This document shows positions 12,446 through 23,389 of a stretch of 64,000 nt of DNA, in pieces. The notes beneath the pieces were generated by a model. It was not told where the DNA came from. It worked only from the letters and a program-made list of their open reading frames with translations, and ran no database searches. The position numbers and the translations under genes are program-made. Location of the stretch: contig CAVZDU010000003.1 of NCBI GenBank assembly GCA_963774265.1, forward strand, positions 288,001-352,000, given 5' to 3'. Source of the stretch: an uncultured Chloroflexia bacterium. Lineage in GTDB: Bacteria; Chloroflexota; Anaerolineae; CG2-30-64-16. Positions within the stretch are counted from its first letter, which is position 1, and every line of letters begins with the position of its first letter.

Positions 12446-12577
12446 CGTTTGAACTCCCCGCCTGATCTGTGGATTATCACCGGCAGCAGTGACCAGATTA
12501 CAGGCACAAGTATTATACAATAGAAGTGCAAATGTGACAAGGGCAAACTACACCATTAATTATATTATTATTGGGAC

Positions 12578-12606
12578 TTGTAATTTGGCGAAAAGTGTTT
12601 TACAAT
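12578..12606 (+). promoter_or_regulatory. Possible sigma70 promoter for the META gene
   Basis: TTGTAA-17 bp-TACAAT in an AT-rich intergenic region. Confidence 0.4.
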
Positions 12607-12660
12607 TGCATAGATCATTTATTTGGAAGTTCTTCCTAATCACGGAGGGGGTGTGTCACT

Positions 12661-13731
12661 ATGAAGACGCTGCGTGTTGTAGTTCTTTTGAGCTTGACGG
12701 TCGTCCTGCTGGCAAGCTGTGGCGGATTGCCGCCCGTCTTTCCGGCATGCGCGCCGGCAGCGGTTGCGCCGGCTGAAGAAGCTGCGGCCGGTGCACCTGC
12801 GGAGCCCGCGGCTGTCGCACCGGCCGAGCCCACGGCTGTCGCACCGGCCGAGCCCGCGGCCGTCGCACCGGCCGAGCCCGCGGCCGTCGCACCGGCTGCA
12901 TCAGCCACCGAAGCTGCGGCTGCACCGGCCACCGAAGCTGCGGCTGGGCCGGTCATGGGCGCCGATCCGCTGGTCGGCGTGGTGTGGGAGTGGGCCGTAT
13001 TGCTGAAGGCCGAGCCTGCCTCGCAGGCGGTCGTGCCCAATCCCACCAGCTACACCGCAATCTTTGACGGCGAGGGTAATGTCCTCATCCAGGCCGACTG
13101 CAACCTCGCCCGCGCCACCTACACCCTGGAGAACGAGGCGCTGACCATCGAGATTGGGCCGCTCACCCGCGCGGCATGCACGCCTGGTTCGATCTCCAAC
13201 GACTTCCTGGATCGGCTCGGCCAGGTGGGATCATACATGATCGACGGCGATGACCTCGTCCTGCGGCTGAAGGAGACCGGCGACAGCATGCTCTTCCGCA
13301 ACGGCGGTCCTGCGGCCGAGCCTGTCGCTCCGGTTGAGCCGACTGCCGTCGCGACCGAGGCGCCCGCGGGCGCCGTGGCCGCGCCCCAGTTGATCGGCGG
13401 AACCTGGAACTGGGAGGAGTTCATCGACAACGCGGGAGTGCAGAGCCTTAAGGTAGCGGATCCCGCCAGCTACACCGTCACCTTCAACGAGGACGGGACT
13501 GCCGCGATGAAAGCCGACTGCAACCAGGCAGCGGGATCCTACGTGCTGGACGGAGGCAATTTGACTCTCACGGTGGGCCCGATGACTCTGGCCATGTGCT
13601 CGGCCGAGTCGCTCGGCGAGCAGTTTTTGGTGAACCTGACCAGCGTGGCCACGGTCGGCTCCAAAGATGGCAAGCTGCTGTTGGATCTGATGGCGGACGG
13701 CGGAACGATGATCTTCGCCCCGGCGAAGTAA
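12661..13731 (+). CDS. META domain lipoprotein (two META domains) with PAEPAAVA repeats
   Basis: Lipobox LLASC; two ADCN..Y..GP.T.A.C domains; 24-bp repeat x4 at ~12796-12894. Confidence 0.85.
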   Translation: MKTLRVVVLLSLTVVLLASCGGLPPVFPACAPAAVAPAEEAAAGAPAEPAAVAPAEPTAVAPAEPAAVAPAEPAAVAPAASATEAAAAPATEAAAGPVMGADPLVGVVWEWAVLLKAEPASQAVVPNPTSYTAIFDGEGNVLIQADCNLARATYTLENEALTIEIGPLTRAACTPGSISNDFLDRLGQVGSYMIDGDDLVLRLKETGDSMLFRNGGPAAEPVAPVEPTAVATEAPAGAVAAPQLIGGTWNWEEFIDNAGVQSLKVADPASYTVTFNEDGTAAMKADCNQAAGSYVLDGGNLTLTVGPMTLAMCSAESLGEQFLVNLTSVATVGSKDGKLLLDLMADGGTMIFAPAK

Positions 13732-13769
13732 GCGACCCTGCCTTAGTCCTGTCACCGCGGGCAAAATAA

Positions 13770-13798
13770 GGCGCCGGAGGGTTTCCACCCCTGGCGCC
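13770..13798. terminator. Stem-loop between convergent META and ppk1 genes
   Basis: GGCGCCGGAGGGT-ttcc-ACCCCTGGCGCC. Confidence 0.55.
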
Positions 13799-13810
13799 CT
13801 ATCTCTTGGC

Positions 13811-15949
13811 TCAATCCCGCACAAACAACTTCCCGTGCCCACCCTGCGGCGGGTGCGCCAGGAGCCAGGCCTGGCTGTCGATTTCCGGCTCGCCGGGCTC
13901 GCGGCCGCGGCACACATAGCTGCCGTCGGGCTGGAGCTCCCGGGCACGCGAGTTGTTCGCCAGCTCAACCGCCAGGACGCCGTCCCGCAGATACGTCCTC
14001 AGCGTCGGGTCCTTGACGGGGAAGATAATCTCCACGCGGCGATCCAGGTTGCGCGGCATCAAATCCGCGCTGCCCATGTACACCTCAGGTTTGCCGCCGT
14101 TCTCGAAATAGTAAATCCGGCTGTGTTCCAGGAAGCGGCCCACGATGCTGATCACGCGAATATTGTCGCTGAGGCCCGGTACACCCGGGCGCAAACAGCA
14201 GATCCCGCGGATGATCATGTCGATCTGCACGCCCGCCTGCGACGCAACATAGAGCCTGCGGATCAGCTGGTCGTCCACCAGTGAGTTCATCTTGAAGATC
14301 AGGCGGCCCCCGTGTCCGGCGAGCGCATGCTCGGTTTCCCGTTCGATCAGGCCTTCAAAGCGCTCACGCATGGAGCCGGGCGCAACGATCAGGGAGCGGT
14401 ATGACTCCTGGGTCGAATAGCCGGTCAGCGTGTTGAACAGTTCGGTCGCGTCCGCGCCCATCTCCGGGTCGCAAGTCAGCAGCCCGCAGTCGGTGTAGAT
14501 GCTCGCAGTGACCGCGTTATAGTTTCCAGTGGCCAGGTGTAGGTAACGCCGCAGCCCGCCGTCTTCCTTGCGCACCACCAGCGTGATCTTGCTATGGGTC
14601 TTTAGTCCCACAAGGCCGTACACGACGTGGACGCCCGCGGCTTCCAGCGCCTTGGCCCAACCGATGTTGCTCTCTTCGTCGAATCGCGCCTTGAGTTCCA
14701 CCAGGACCGCCACCTGCTTGCCGTTGCGCTGCGCCTCCATGAGTGAGCGCACGACCGGCGCGTTGCGTCCCACCCGGTAGAGTGTCACCTTGATCGCGAG
14801 CACCTGGGGATCGGTCGCGGCCGCCTGGATAAAATCGAGCACCGGCCTAAACGAGTCGTAGGGGTGGTGGAGTAGGATGTCACCCTTGCGTATCGCGGCG
14901 AAGATATCGTTGGTAGTCTTCACGTCGCGCAACTGAGGTGGCGCTGCCGGGACAAACGGCGTATCCTTCAATTCCGGGCGACTCAGCCCTGCAATTGTCC
15001 AGAGGCTGCTCATCGCCAGCGGCGGCTGGATCGAATAGACGTCCTCCGCGCTGACTTCCAGGTTTTCCATCAGCAGACGCACCATCGACTCGGGCATGTC
15101 ATGATCGACCGCAAGACGCACCACTGGCCCGAACTGCCGCAGCCGCAACCCTTCCTCGATGGTCTCCAGCAGATCGGGCGCTTCATCCTCCTGGATTTCC
15201 ATATCTGCATCGCGGATGACATGAAAACTGTACGACTCGACGATCTCATAGCCGGGGAAGAGCAGTCCCAGGTTCGCGCCGATGACCTCTTCGAGCCAGA
15301 CGAAACGGTGATCGGGCGTGACAGACACCAGCCGCGGCAGGGATGTGGGCACTTTGATCCGCGCAAACCGCTGGGTGCCCTCGGGGCCTCGCACGTTTAC
15401 GGCCAGATTCAGGCTGAGGTTGGAAATGTGTGGGAAGGGCCGGCCAGGATCGAACGCCAGGGGGGTCACCACAGGCAACACTTCGTCGACGAAGTAGGTG
15501 CGCAGGCGATCCTGTTCCTCCACCGTGAGTTGTCCATAATGGAGGATATCGATGCCTGCCGCCGAAAGCGCAGTCTGGATCTCCTCGTAGAAATAGCGTC
15601 GCTGTTCCTTCAGCATGGGCAGCACGAGGGCGCGCAGCGTGGTCAGCGTCTCTGCCGGGGACTTACCGTCCGACGAACCGCCGGTCACGCCTGCGGCCAA
15701 CTGGTCCTTCAGCCCCGACACACGAATCATGTAGAATTCGTCGAGATTGGTGCTGAAGATGGCCAGGAATTTGACGCGCTCGAGCAGCGGGTGGCGCGGG
15801 TCGTGGGCTTCGTCCAGGACGCGACGATTGAATTCCAACCAGCTCAGCTCGCGATTCAAATAGAGGGGCGCATTGCTGGGCGCGTTCTCTGCCGACGTCA
15901 GGATTCCCTGCGCGATTGTGGGTGTGGACGTGCTTGCCTCGACAGCCAT
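13811..15949 (-). CDS. ppk1: Polyphosphate kinase 1
   Basis: NRELSWLEFNRRVL, HPLLERVKFLAIF, LLHHPYDSF, ELKARFDEE, GRFLEHSR, SADLMPRNLDRRVE; likely start MAVEAS. Confidence 0.95.
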   Translation of the reverse strand: MAVEASTSTPTIAQGILTSAENAPSNAPLYLNRELSWLEFNRRVLDEAHDPRHPLLERVKFLAIFSTNLDEFYMIRVSGLKDQLAAGVTGGSSDGKSPAETLTTLRALVLPMLKEQRRYFYEEIQTALSAAGIDILHYGQLTVEEQDRLRTYFVDEVLPVVTPLAFDPGRPFPHISNLSLNLAVNVRGPEGTQRFARIKVPTSLPRLVSVTPDHRFVWLEEVIGANLGLLFPGYEIVESYSFHVIRDADMEIQEDEAPDLLETIEEGLRLRQFGPVVRLAVDHDMPESMVRLLMENLEVSAEDVYSIQPPLAMSSLWTIAGLSRPELKDTPFVPAAPPQLRDVKTTNDIFAAIRKGDILLHHPYDSFRPVLDFIQAAATDPQVLAIKVTLYRVGRNAPVVRSLMEAQRNGKQVAVLVELKARFDEESNIGWAKALEAAGVHVVYGLVGLKTHSKITLVVRKEDGGLRRYLHLATGNYNAVTASIYTDCGLLTCDPEMGADATELFNTLTGYSTQESYRSLIVAPGSMRERFEGLIERETEHALAGHGGRLIFKMNSLVDDQLIRRLYVASQAGVQIDMIIRGICCLRPGVPGLSDNIRVISIVGRFLEHSRIYYFENGGKPEVYMGSADLMPRNLDRRVEIIFPVKDPTLRTYLRDGVLAVELANNSRARELQPDGSYVCRGREPGEPEIDSQAWLLAHPPQGGHGKLFVRD

Positions 15950-16118
15950 AGGTGCATCCCCGGTGCCAGATGAAATGGTGTAATTGCTGGATTGTTTGAC
16001 GAACAAGATTGTAACGCAAGGGATAGCGGGATGGCAAGCCGGTGCTGACGCTGTCTTGGCTGTGATGGGCACGGCAAGTATAATGCCCCCAGGAACGACA
16101 TTCAACGGGAGGCGTCCG

Positions 16119-17835
16119 ATGATCCGCTCGGTCCCAGAGACCACCAGCGAAGGCATTGAGCTGTACATTCGCACCTACTACTCGCTGCTGCGTAGCTCGG
16201 GTGATGTGCGCATCCGCTCGCTCGAGGAGTCCCACGAGGGCATGAAATCGAGCATGCATCTGGAGGCCGAGTCCGAGGTCTTTGACACATCGGCCTTTAT
16301 CTACGCGGCAATGCGCCTGCCCGACTGCATCTACGAGATCCGTCGGATCGTCATGGGCCAATCGGAAGACGTGTTCATGCGCGGGGGCCTGCGCGACATC
16401 GCCGAATGGCAGCGCGTCGACGCTCTCGCCCGCCGCCGCCGCATGATGTTCAACGGTGTGGACATGCTCGCCGCGTTTGTCTCCAGCGTCTCAGACATCG
16501 ACGACCTGATTCCTTCGCTGACGGCCTACCAGATCGAATGGAACAAGCTTCACCGCCGGTTGGCCGCCACCCAACTCGGCCGCGATCTGGCAACGGGCGC
16601 GGCCCTTGCTTCGGAGTCGGCGAATGGCCTGGGCAACGCGCTTGGCCTATCGAACGAGGACATGGCACGGCTGCAAGGAGCCTGGGGCCAAAAGTGGGAC
16701 GCCGGTTGCGCACGCGGTGGCGAGCCATTTGCTGGATCTCCGGATTAACTCCCTGGCCAGCGGTTTCAACGATTACCGCAAGGCTGTCGAAAAGTGGTGG
16801 GAGGCGCTGCTCGAGGCCGCGGACGGCGCCTCGGTCACGTCCCGGCCGATCTACTTCGTGTCGTCCAACCCCCACAGCGTGACCAATCCGCTTTCAGGCT
16901 TTGCCCTGGCGCATCGCGACGAGTTGGTCGCGCTGGCGCAGGATGGCAATCCGGAAGGCCTGGCCGACGAATGGGAGCGCCTGGTCGGTGAGGACGATGA
17001 CGGCCCGCGCACCAATTTCCTTTATTACATGCAACGCTCCTACTTGCGGGGCGACGAGCAGCGGCAGGTCGCGTGGGCGGAGGCGGAGCAGGCCGTGGGA
17101 ATCACCCGATTCGACGAGCCGCCTGCGTTGAACATCAGCGCGCAGATCATCGAGCTGGCCAAGCTCAAGCCGGAGTGGTTGGACCCGCGACTCCAGCAAA
17201 AGGACATGGACCTGTTGCGGCTGAGCAACGCGATTATCGTCAACGTCGACTACCCGCTCGGGTTTGCGGCTTACCATCTGCTCTCCCAGGTGGCTTCAAG
17301 CTGCGCGGACCTGCTGGGCGTCTACATCATGGGCAAGGCTGCAACACTGAACGGACGTGTCGGCGATGTGATGATCCCGAACGTGGTCTATGACGAGCAC
17401 TCGCGCAACACTTTCCTTTTCAAGAATTGCTTTCTGTCGGAAGACGTCGCTCTGCATTTGCACTACGGCACGGTGTTCGACAACCAGAAATCCGTGACCG
17501 TGCGCGGGACCTTCCTGCAAAACCGCGATTTCATGAGCGTGTTCTATCAAGAGGGGTACACGGACCTGGAGATGGAGGCGGGGCCATATCTGAGCGCGGT
17601 GTATGAGGACATCTATCCGCAGCGCTACCCGATGAACGAGATTGTCAATCTGTTCATCAACGCGCCTTATGACATCGGTCTGTTACACTACGCATCAGAC
17701 ACCCCATACAGCCGCCGGCAGAGCCTGCTCAGCAAGAGCCTGAGCTATTTCGGTGTGGATGCAACCTACGCGTGCTCTATTGCTATCCTGCGCCGTATCC
17801 TCAGCGTGGAGATCGCGCGGCTGAGAGAGGCCTAA
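16119..17835 (+). CDS. Conserved hypothetical protein (DUF6909-like) with a nucleoside phosphorylase/AMP nucleosidase-like C-terminus; frameshift near 16700
   Basis: ELYIRTYYSLLRSSG; C-terminal MGKAATLNGRVGDVMIP, DLEMEAGPY, HYASDTP. Confidence 0.6.
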
Positions 17836-17838
17836 TTA

Positions 17839-17912
17839 ACCACAAAGTCACCAAGGCTCGAAGACCCATCATAGGCGCCTGGTGGGACTTCGTGACTCGG
17901 TGACTTCGTGGT
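17839..17912. repeat. Inverted-repeat element with 8-9-nt periodic arms between convergent genes
   Basis: ACCACAAAGTCACCAAG ... CTCGGTGACTTCGTGGT; a similar element lies at 32874-32946. Confidence 0.6.
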
Positions 17913-17918
17913 GAAGAT

Positions 17919-18813
17919 TTAAGCTCGCAACGCGGCGCGCATCGCGCGGATGTGCTCAGGCGTGCTTCCGCAGCACGCGCCGATGATAGTTCACCCCGAG
18001 ACCGCGCATCTTCTGCGCATACTCACCCATGATCTCGGGCGTGCCGTCGTAGTGGATCTCCTTGTTCACGAACTTGGGCAGGCCCGCGTTCGATTGGGCG
18101 ATGACATACACGCCCTCAGGCTTCACACGCCATCATCTCAGAGACGATGCGTTCGATCTCTGCCGGTCCGTTGCCGCAGTTCGCGCCCATGACGACGCAC
18201 GCCCGAAGTCGTGAAGCGCCTTGACCGCCTGTACAGGCCTGATGCCCATCATCGTGCGGAAGTGAGTGTCGAACGTCATGGTCGCCGCGATCGGGCAGAT
18301 CGGAGACGGAACGGATGCCGTCAATCGCAGCCTGCATCTCTTCCAGCGCGCTCATCGTCTCGATCAGGAAGAAGTCGACGCCGCCTTCGGCCAAAGCGGC
18401 CGCCTGTTCGGCGAACGCGGCTTTGGCTTCTTCGGGCTGGGTCGTGCCCAGCGGGAAGAGGATCTCGCCCGAAGGGCCCGATGTCACCTGCCACCAGCAC
18501 CTCATGGCCCGCAGCATCAGCCACCTCGCGCGCCAATCGCGCACCCGCGAGATTGAATTCTCGGACGCGGTCCTGGTAGTTGTGTAACCCCAGTCGCAGG
18601 CGGGTGCCGCCGAACGTGTTCGTTGTGATGATCTGGCTTCCCGCGTCAAGCGTAAGCCTGGTGGATGTCCTTCACGACATCGGGCCGCTCGACATTCCAC
18701 TCCTCAGGCGAGCCGCCACTGGTCAGGCCCGCGGCCTGGAGCATAGTCCCCATCGCCCCATCGCCGATCACGGGCTCCTGATTCCGGTTGAGAAGATCCA
18801 GGAGCTTATTCAT
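17919..18813 (-). CDS. Homocysteine S-methyltransferase domain protein (MetH N-terminal module), frameshifted
   Basis: VIGDGAMGTMLQAAGL..PEEWN, TNTFGG, FLIETMS, GANCGNGP, SNAGLP, GACCGSTPEHI. Confidence 0.85.
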
Positions 18814-19522
18814 GCACACCCCCTTCGTCCGTTGTACCTCTGCGTTTTTTCATCTCTTGCATCACGACGCGCGCGGCGTGCACCGCCTCGGCCGCGTCCT
18901 TGCAGTAGCGGTCCGCGCCGATGTCTTCGGCGAACGCACTGTTGAGCGGTGCACCGCCCACCAGCACGGTGATTCTGTCCCGCAAGCCGTCGGCCTGCAG
19001 CCGCTCGATGACCTTGGCCATGTACGGCATGGTGGTGGTCAGGAGGGCCGACATGCCCAGGATGTCTGCGTTTGTCTCCCGCAGCTTGTTAATGAACTTG
19101 TCTGCGTCCACGTTGACGCCGATGTTGTGCACCTCGAACCCGGCGCCTTCCCACATCATCGCCACAAGATTCTTTCCGATGTCGTGAATGTCTCCCTTGA
19201 CCGTGCCGATGACCGCAGTGCCGATCTTCGGTACGCCGGTTTCGGTCAGCAGAGGGCGCAGAATCTCCATAGCGGCCTTCATAGCGTTAGCCGCGCGCAG
19301 CACTTCAGGCACGAACAGGATGCCTGCCCCGAAGTCCTGTCCCACGATGTCCATGCCTGCAACCAACCCATGCGCGAGGATGTTGGCGGGCGGCTGCCCC
19401 CATGCCAGCGCCGTCCGAGTGGCGTCCACGACCGCGTCGGTCATGCCGTCGTAGAGGTCGTCCTGCATATTCAAGTAGTGTTCCTGCAGCTCAGCCGCCA
19501 GACTATCGAATCGATCTTCCAT
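18806..19522 (-). CDS. Corrinoid (B12-binding) protein, MetH cap plus cobalamin domain
   Basis: FVPEVL, GTVKGDIHDIGKNLV (DxHxxG), SALLTTTM, VGGAP. Confidence 0.93.
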   Translation of the reverse strand: MEDRFDSLAAELQEHYLNMQDDLYDGMTDAVVDATRTALAWGQPPANILAHGLVAGMDIVGQDFGAGILFVPEVLRAANAMKAAMEILRPLLTETGVPKIGTAVIGTVKGDIHDIGKNLVAMMWEGAGFEVHNIGVNVDADKFINKLRETNADILGMSALLTTTMPYMAKVIERLQADGLRDRITVLVGGAPLNSAFAEDIGADRYCKDAAEAVHAARVVMQEMKKRRGTTDEGGVHE

Positions 19523-19523
19523 C

Positions 19524-19994
19524 TCACTCTTTCTTCAGTATGCGAGCGATCTGCGACAGATGTACCTCATCGTGAGCGCTCAGGGCTTCCACCTGGCTGC
19601 GCAATGTAATGTCCCCAAGCTCCTCGTGCACCGCGGTCCGCCCGCGCGCGAGCGGGGTCAGACTTTCGAGGAAACGGATCGTCTCACAGCGCAGCATGGC
19701 GAAGGTTTCGACCAGGATCGCGATCGGCGTCTCCGGGTCGTAGTCGCCTGTGATGCAGCTGATGGCTGCCACTTGCGGGTGCTCCTCCACACTGATGCGC
19801 ACAAGTCGAGCACGATAAGGTGACTCGACTGCGCATAGGTGCCCCACAATCTGGCAGACTGACCAGTCATCCTGGCTCTCCCGCGCGGCCGTACTATCGT
19901 GCGACGCATCTGATGTCAACGTGGCCAGACGTTCTGGCACAGATCGCAGCGCGTTCAGCAACTCGGCCCACGTCATCGAAGCAGGTGCAGTCAT
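19524..19994 (-). CDS. DinB family protein
   Basis: WSVCQIVGHL and AHDEVHLSQI His triad. Confidence 0.8.
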   Translation of the reverse strand: MTAPASMTWAELLNALRSVPERLATLTSDASHDSTAARESQDDWSVCQIVGHLCAVESPYRARLVRISVEEHPQVAAISCITGDYDPETPIAILVETFAMLRCETIRFLESLTPLARGRTAVHEELGDITLRSQVEALSAHDEVHLSQIARILKKE

Positions 19995-19996
19995 CT

Positions 19997-22175
19997 TTAT
20001 CCTTCCTGTGTTCTCGCGACCGCTCTGGCCGCTTCAGGCTCAGCCACGCGCGGCCGTCGGTTGCGCCGCGTAAACACGTCGGACACCCCGCGCGCTCGCC
20101 GGCGGGCGAATGCCGTCGCGGTGATCTCGTTCAAGTGCGGGAATGCATGCGCGCCGTGTGGGATGGGCATCGCCTCCACAAAAGCCTCCTGGAAACGCGG
20201 TTCCATCGCGATGCCGATATAGTTGGTCCAGCGCGCCAACCGCCGCGCATCCTCGCGCTCTCCCTTATTGAGCAGTGCGATGCGTGCGCCGTCGCCGGCC
20301 GAGTTGCCCACGGTGGCCACGCGCGTCAGGTCGCAGTCGGGGATCATGCCGAGCACCATCGCGTGCACCGGGTCGATATAGCTGCCGAATGCACCCGCCA
20401 GCAGGACACGGGTGACCTGCTCCACCCCCATCCGTTCCATCAGAAGCCGGGCGCCGGCGTATAGCGCGGCCTTGCCCAGTTGGATGTTGCGCACATCATC
20501 ACTGGTGATGACGATCGCCCGTCCCGTGCTCGACTCGTGCGGCCAGGCGAGCACGTACTCCGCCTTCGCGCCGGCCCAGCTCAACCTGGCATGCTCGATC
20601 TCAGGCGCAAACCGGCCGTCGGGCGTCAGCACGCCGGCCATGAATAACTCGGCCACCGCCTCGATGATGCCCGACCCGCAGATGCCCGCGGCCAGGATCT
20701 GTGCCTGGCGCGCGCCGCTCCTTCCTGCCGTGGCGCCCATCGTTGTGGTCGTCGCCATCGGAACCCTCGTCCCCCACCTTCCTTCTTCCTTCTTCCTTCT
20801 TCCGTCCGCCTTCATCCGCCCACTGGTCATTCCACTCATCCCGCCCGATCACCTTGAACCGGCACTCCAACGTCTCGCCGTCGATCCGCACCCGCTCGAT
20901 CGCGCCCGGCGCGGCGCGCATTCCGTGCCGGATCTGCGCGCCCTCAAAGGCCGGGCCCGTTGGGCTGGACGCGGAGTAAAGCTCCTTGGAGTTGCCCAAC
21001 AGGATCTCGCCGTTTGTCCCAACGTCGATGATCAACCAAACCTCGTCGGCGGGCGCCTTGTCTGGCTCCTCTGCCAGGATCACGCCCACGTTGTCCGCGC
21101 CCACGTGGCCCGCCTCAAGGGGCAGCACGTGCGCCTGGGCGCCCAACGCGAGCTTCAGCCCCAGGTCGCGCGCCTTGATGTCCACCGCATCGCCGATCGC
21201 GGGGCCAAAAGGCGACTGTCCGAGCTCAACCGGCGGGATGTTCAGCAGGATGTGATGCATCACGCTGTTTCCCACCAGCACGATTTCGGTAATCGCTTCG
21301 CTCGTGATCTCCGCCTCGGCCGCGGCTTCCTTCGCAAGGCTGTTCAGGCTGCCGATGATCGCATCGTGCAGCGTCGCTAACCCTGCCGCACCGTTCAAGT
21401 CGCAGTAGCTGACGCGGCTCATCAGGTCTTCGCCGTAAGCAACCTGCGGGTTCATCTGGCTGGCTGTCGACAATATCTCACCGGTGCGAAGATTGCATAG
21501 GTGCATCGCGACCGTGGTCGTGCCGATGTCGACCGCCAGGCCGTACGCCTCTTCGACGTATCCGGGCTGCACGCGCACCGCTTCACGATCCTGCCAGACC
21601 GTGACCGTAACCTTCCAGTCTCCCTTGCGGATGACCTGTTGCAGCTCGCCGAGCAGCACAGGGTCGAGCCGGACGTCCTTCAATCCGAAACGGACCTCGA
21701 GCTCGCCTGCGATGCGATCCCAGTCGCCGAGTTGGTGCTCCAGGGTTGGCGGCTCGATCTCGACATAATACAGCCTGATCGCCGGGTCGACGACAATGGC
21801 GCGTTCGGTCGCAGCTTTGCGCACCACCTGCTTGCGCGCCTGGCTCTCCTCGGGCACAAAGACCATCAGATCCCCGCGCACCTCGCACGAGCATGCCAGC
21901 CGGCGGCCCGCCAGGGGGGATCCCACCTTATCCCAGTAGTGGGCCTCGCGGCCATCGGGTGGGGTCAGGTGGTCCGGCGACGACGTGATCCCGTGTTTCG
22001 GGAACGTCCCGTCTTCGACGACGACCTGGCACTTGCCGCACGTCTGGCGGCCGTTGCAGATGGATTCGATCTCGACACCCAGCGAACGAGCCGCATCCAA
22101 CAGGTTCGTGCCAGCCGCGACGTCACCCTGACGTCCGGATGGCTGGAAAACCACGCGATAGGTGTGTTCTGGCAT
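19997..22175 (-). CDS. ASKHA-domain ATP-dependent corrinoid reductive activator (RamA/RACo, DUF4445) with N-terminal 2Fe-2S domain; frameshift near 20710
   Basis: CNGRQTCGKC..RLAC, DIGTTT, NPQVAYGEDLMSR, DVGTNGEI, GPAFEG, GICGSG, AGAFGSYI. Confidence 0.9.
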
Positions 22176-22233
22176 GACAACTCGACAAACAGGATGATGC
22201 GACAACCGAACCGGCGAAGCAGTCCAGAGGACG

Positions 22234-22313
22234 ATTGTATGATAAGAGGGGGTGATAGGCAAGCGGCGCAGAAGTCGAAGCAACTTGCCGCAAGCACCGT
22301 CCTGTCCTATAAT
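22234..22313. promoter_or_regulatory. Back-to-back divergent sigma70 promoters
   Basis: Minus strand TTGCCT-17-TACAAT (22262-22234); plus strand TTGCCG-17-TATAAT (22285-22313). Confidence 0.65.
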
Positions 22314-22368
22314 CTCCGAGGCTGCCGCATGTGTGCAGCCGGCCGTTGTTCTTTTCGATGGAGAAGTC

Positions 22369-23289
22369 ATGCACACGATCCTTCGCTCGGCCGCGGGCGT
22401 TGAGACCATCATCGGACCCGACCAGCCGTTCGTCATTATCGGCGAGCGGATCAACCCGACCGGCCGCAAGGCGCTGGCCGCGGAGATGCTGGTTGGCAAC
22501 TTCGAACGGGTCAAGGCCGACGCCCTTGCCCAGGTCCAGGCCGGCGCCACGGTGCTGGATGTGAACGCGGGATTGGGCGTGGCCAACGCACACGATCTCG
22601 AGCCAGTGGTGATGGCCAGGGCCATCGAGGCCGTACAGTCGGTGGTGGACATACCCCTGTGCATCGATTCTTCGGTGCCCGGTGCGTTAGTGGCTGGGCT
22701 GAAGGCAGCAGGCGGCCGGCCGCTGATTAATTCGGTCACCGGCGAGGAGGAGCGCATGGAAAAGGTGCTTCCGCTGGTCGCAGAGCACAGATGCGCAGTG
22801 ATCGCGATCTCGAACGACGAATCGGGCATAAGCATGGACCCGAAGGTGCGATTTCAGGTGGCTAGGCGCATCGTGGAGCGGGCGGAGCGCTACGGCATCC
22901 CGCGTGAGGACATCTTGATCGACCCGCTGGTCATGCCCGCAGGCGCGGTCCACGCGGCAGGACGTGCGGTGCTCGATATTCTGCGGTGGATCGGCGACGA
23001 ACTGGGATGTAACACCGTGTGCGGCGCGAGCAACGTGTCATTCGGCTTGCCCGATCGGGAGGCGATCAACGCAACGTTCCTGGCGATGCTGGCCGCGGGC
23101 GGCATGACCAGTGCGATCACGAACCCGCTCAAGCCCGAGCTGAAGAAAGCCGTGATGGCCGCAGATATGTTGCTGGGGAATGACCCTGACTGTCTGAGGT
23201 GGCTGAAATATCAGCGCCAGCTCGTCGGCGAAGTCACGAGCGAGCGCGAGGCGCGCCGCGCTGCAAGGCGGGCCGAACGCGACGGATAA
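22369..23289 (+). CDS. Methyltetrahydrofolate:corrinoid methyltransferase (MetH pterin-binding module)
   Basis: IIGERINPTGRK, LDVNAG, PLCIDSS, INSVTGEEE, GASNVSFGLP; GGAG RBS. Confidence 0.9.
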   Translation: MHTILRSAAGVETIIGPDQPFVIIGERINPTGRKALAAEMLVGNFERVKADALAQVQAGATVLDVNAGLGVANAHDLEPVVMARAIEAVQSVVDIPLCIDSSVPGALVAGLKAAGGRPLINSVTGEEERMEKVLPLVAEHRCAVIAISNDESGISMDPKVRFQVARRIVERAERYGIPREDILIDPLVMPAGAVHAAGRAVLDILRWIGDELGCNTVCGASNVSFGLPDREAINATFLAMLAAGGMTSAITNPLKPELKKAVMAADMLLGNDPDCLRWLKYQRQLVGEVTSEREARRAARRAERDG

Positions 23290-23355
23290 TCTTCAATCTT
23301 TGATTTTCAATCTGCAATTCATCAAGGGAGTTGCTGATTAGCCGTTGGCTCACCG

Positions 23356-23383
23356 TTGACGGATGAAAATGGGGGCGTAGAAT
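23356..23383 (+). promoter_or_regulatory. Sigma70 promoter inside the IS110 left end
   Basis: TTGACG-16 bp-TAGAAT. Confidence 0.65.
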
Positions 23384-23389
23384 GGTGGA

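Noticed and set aside
12796-12894. 24-bp tandem repeats in the META gene
   Set aside because: Ordinary Pro/Ala lipoprotein linker.
15950-16174. Extended, overlapping N-termini of ppk1 and the divergent ORF in the ORF track
   Set aside because: Conserved sequence and RBS support starts at 15949 and 16119; similar over-extensions occur at 22252, 23477, 25907, 26432 and 41976.
22176-22368. Cobalamin or SAM riboswitch at the split metH locus
   Set aside because: No recognisable B12-box or S-box core; the space is explained by two divergent promoters.
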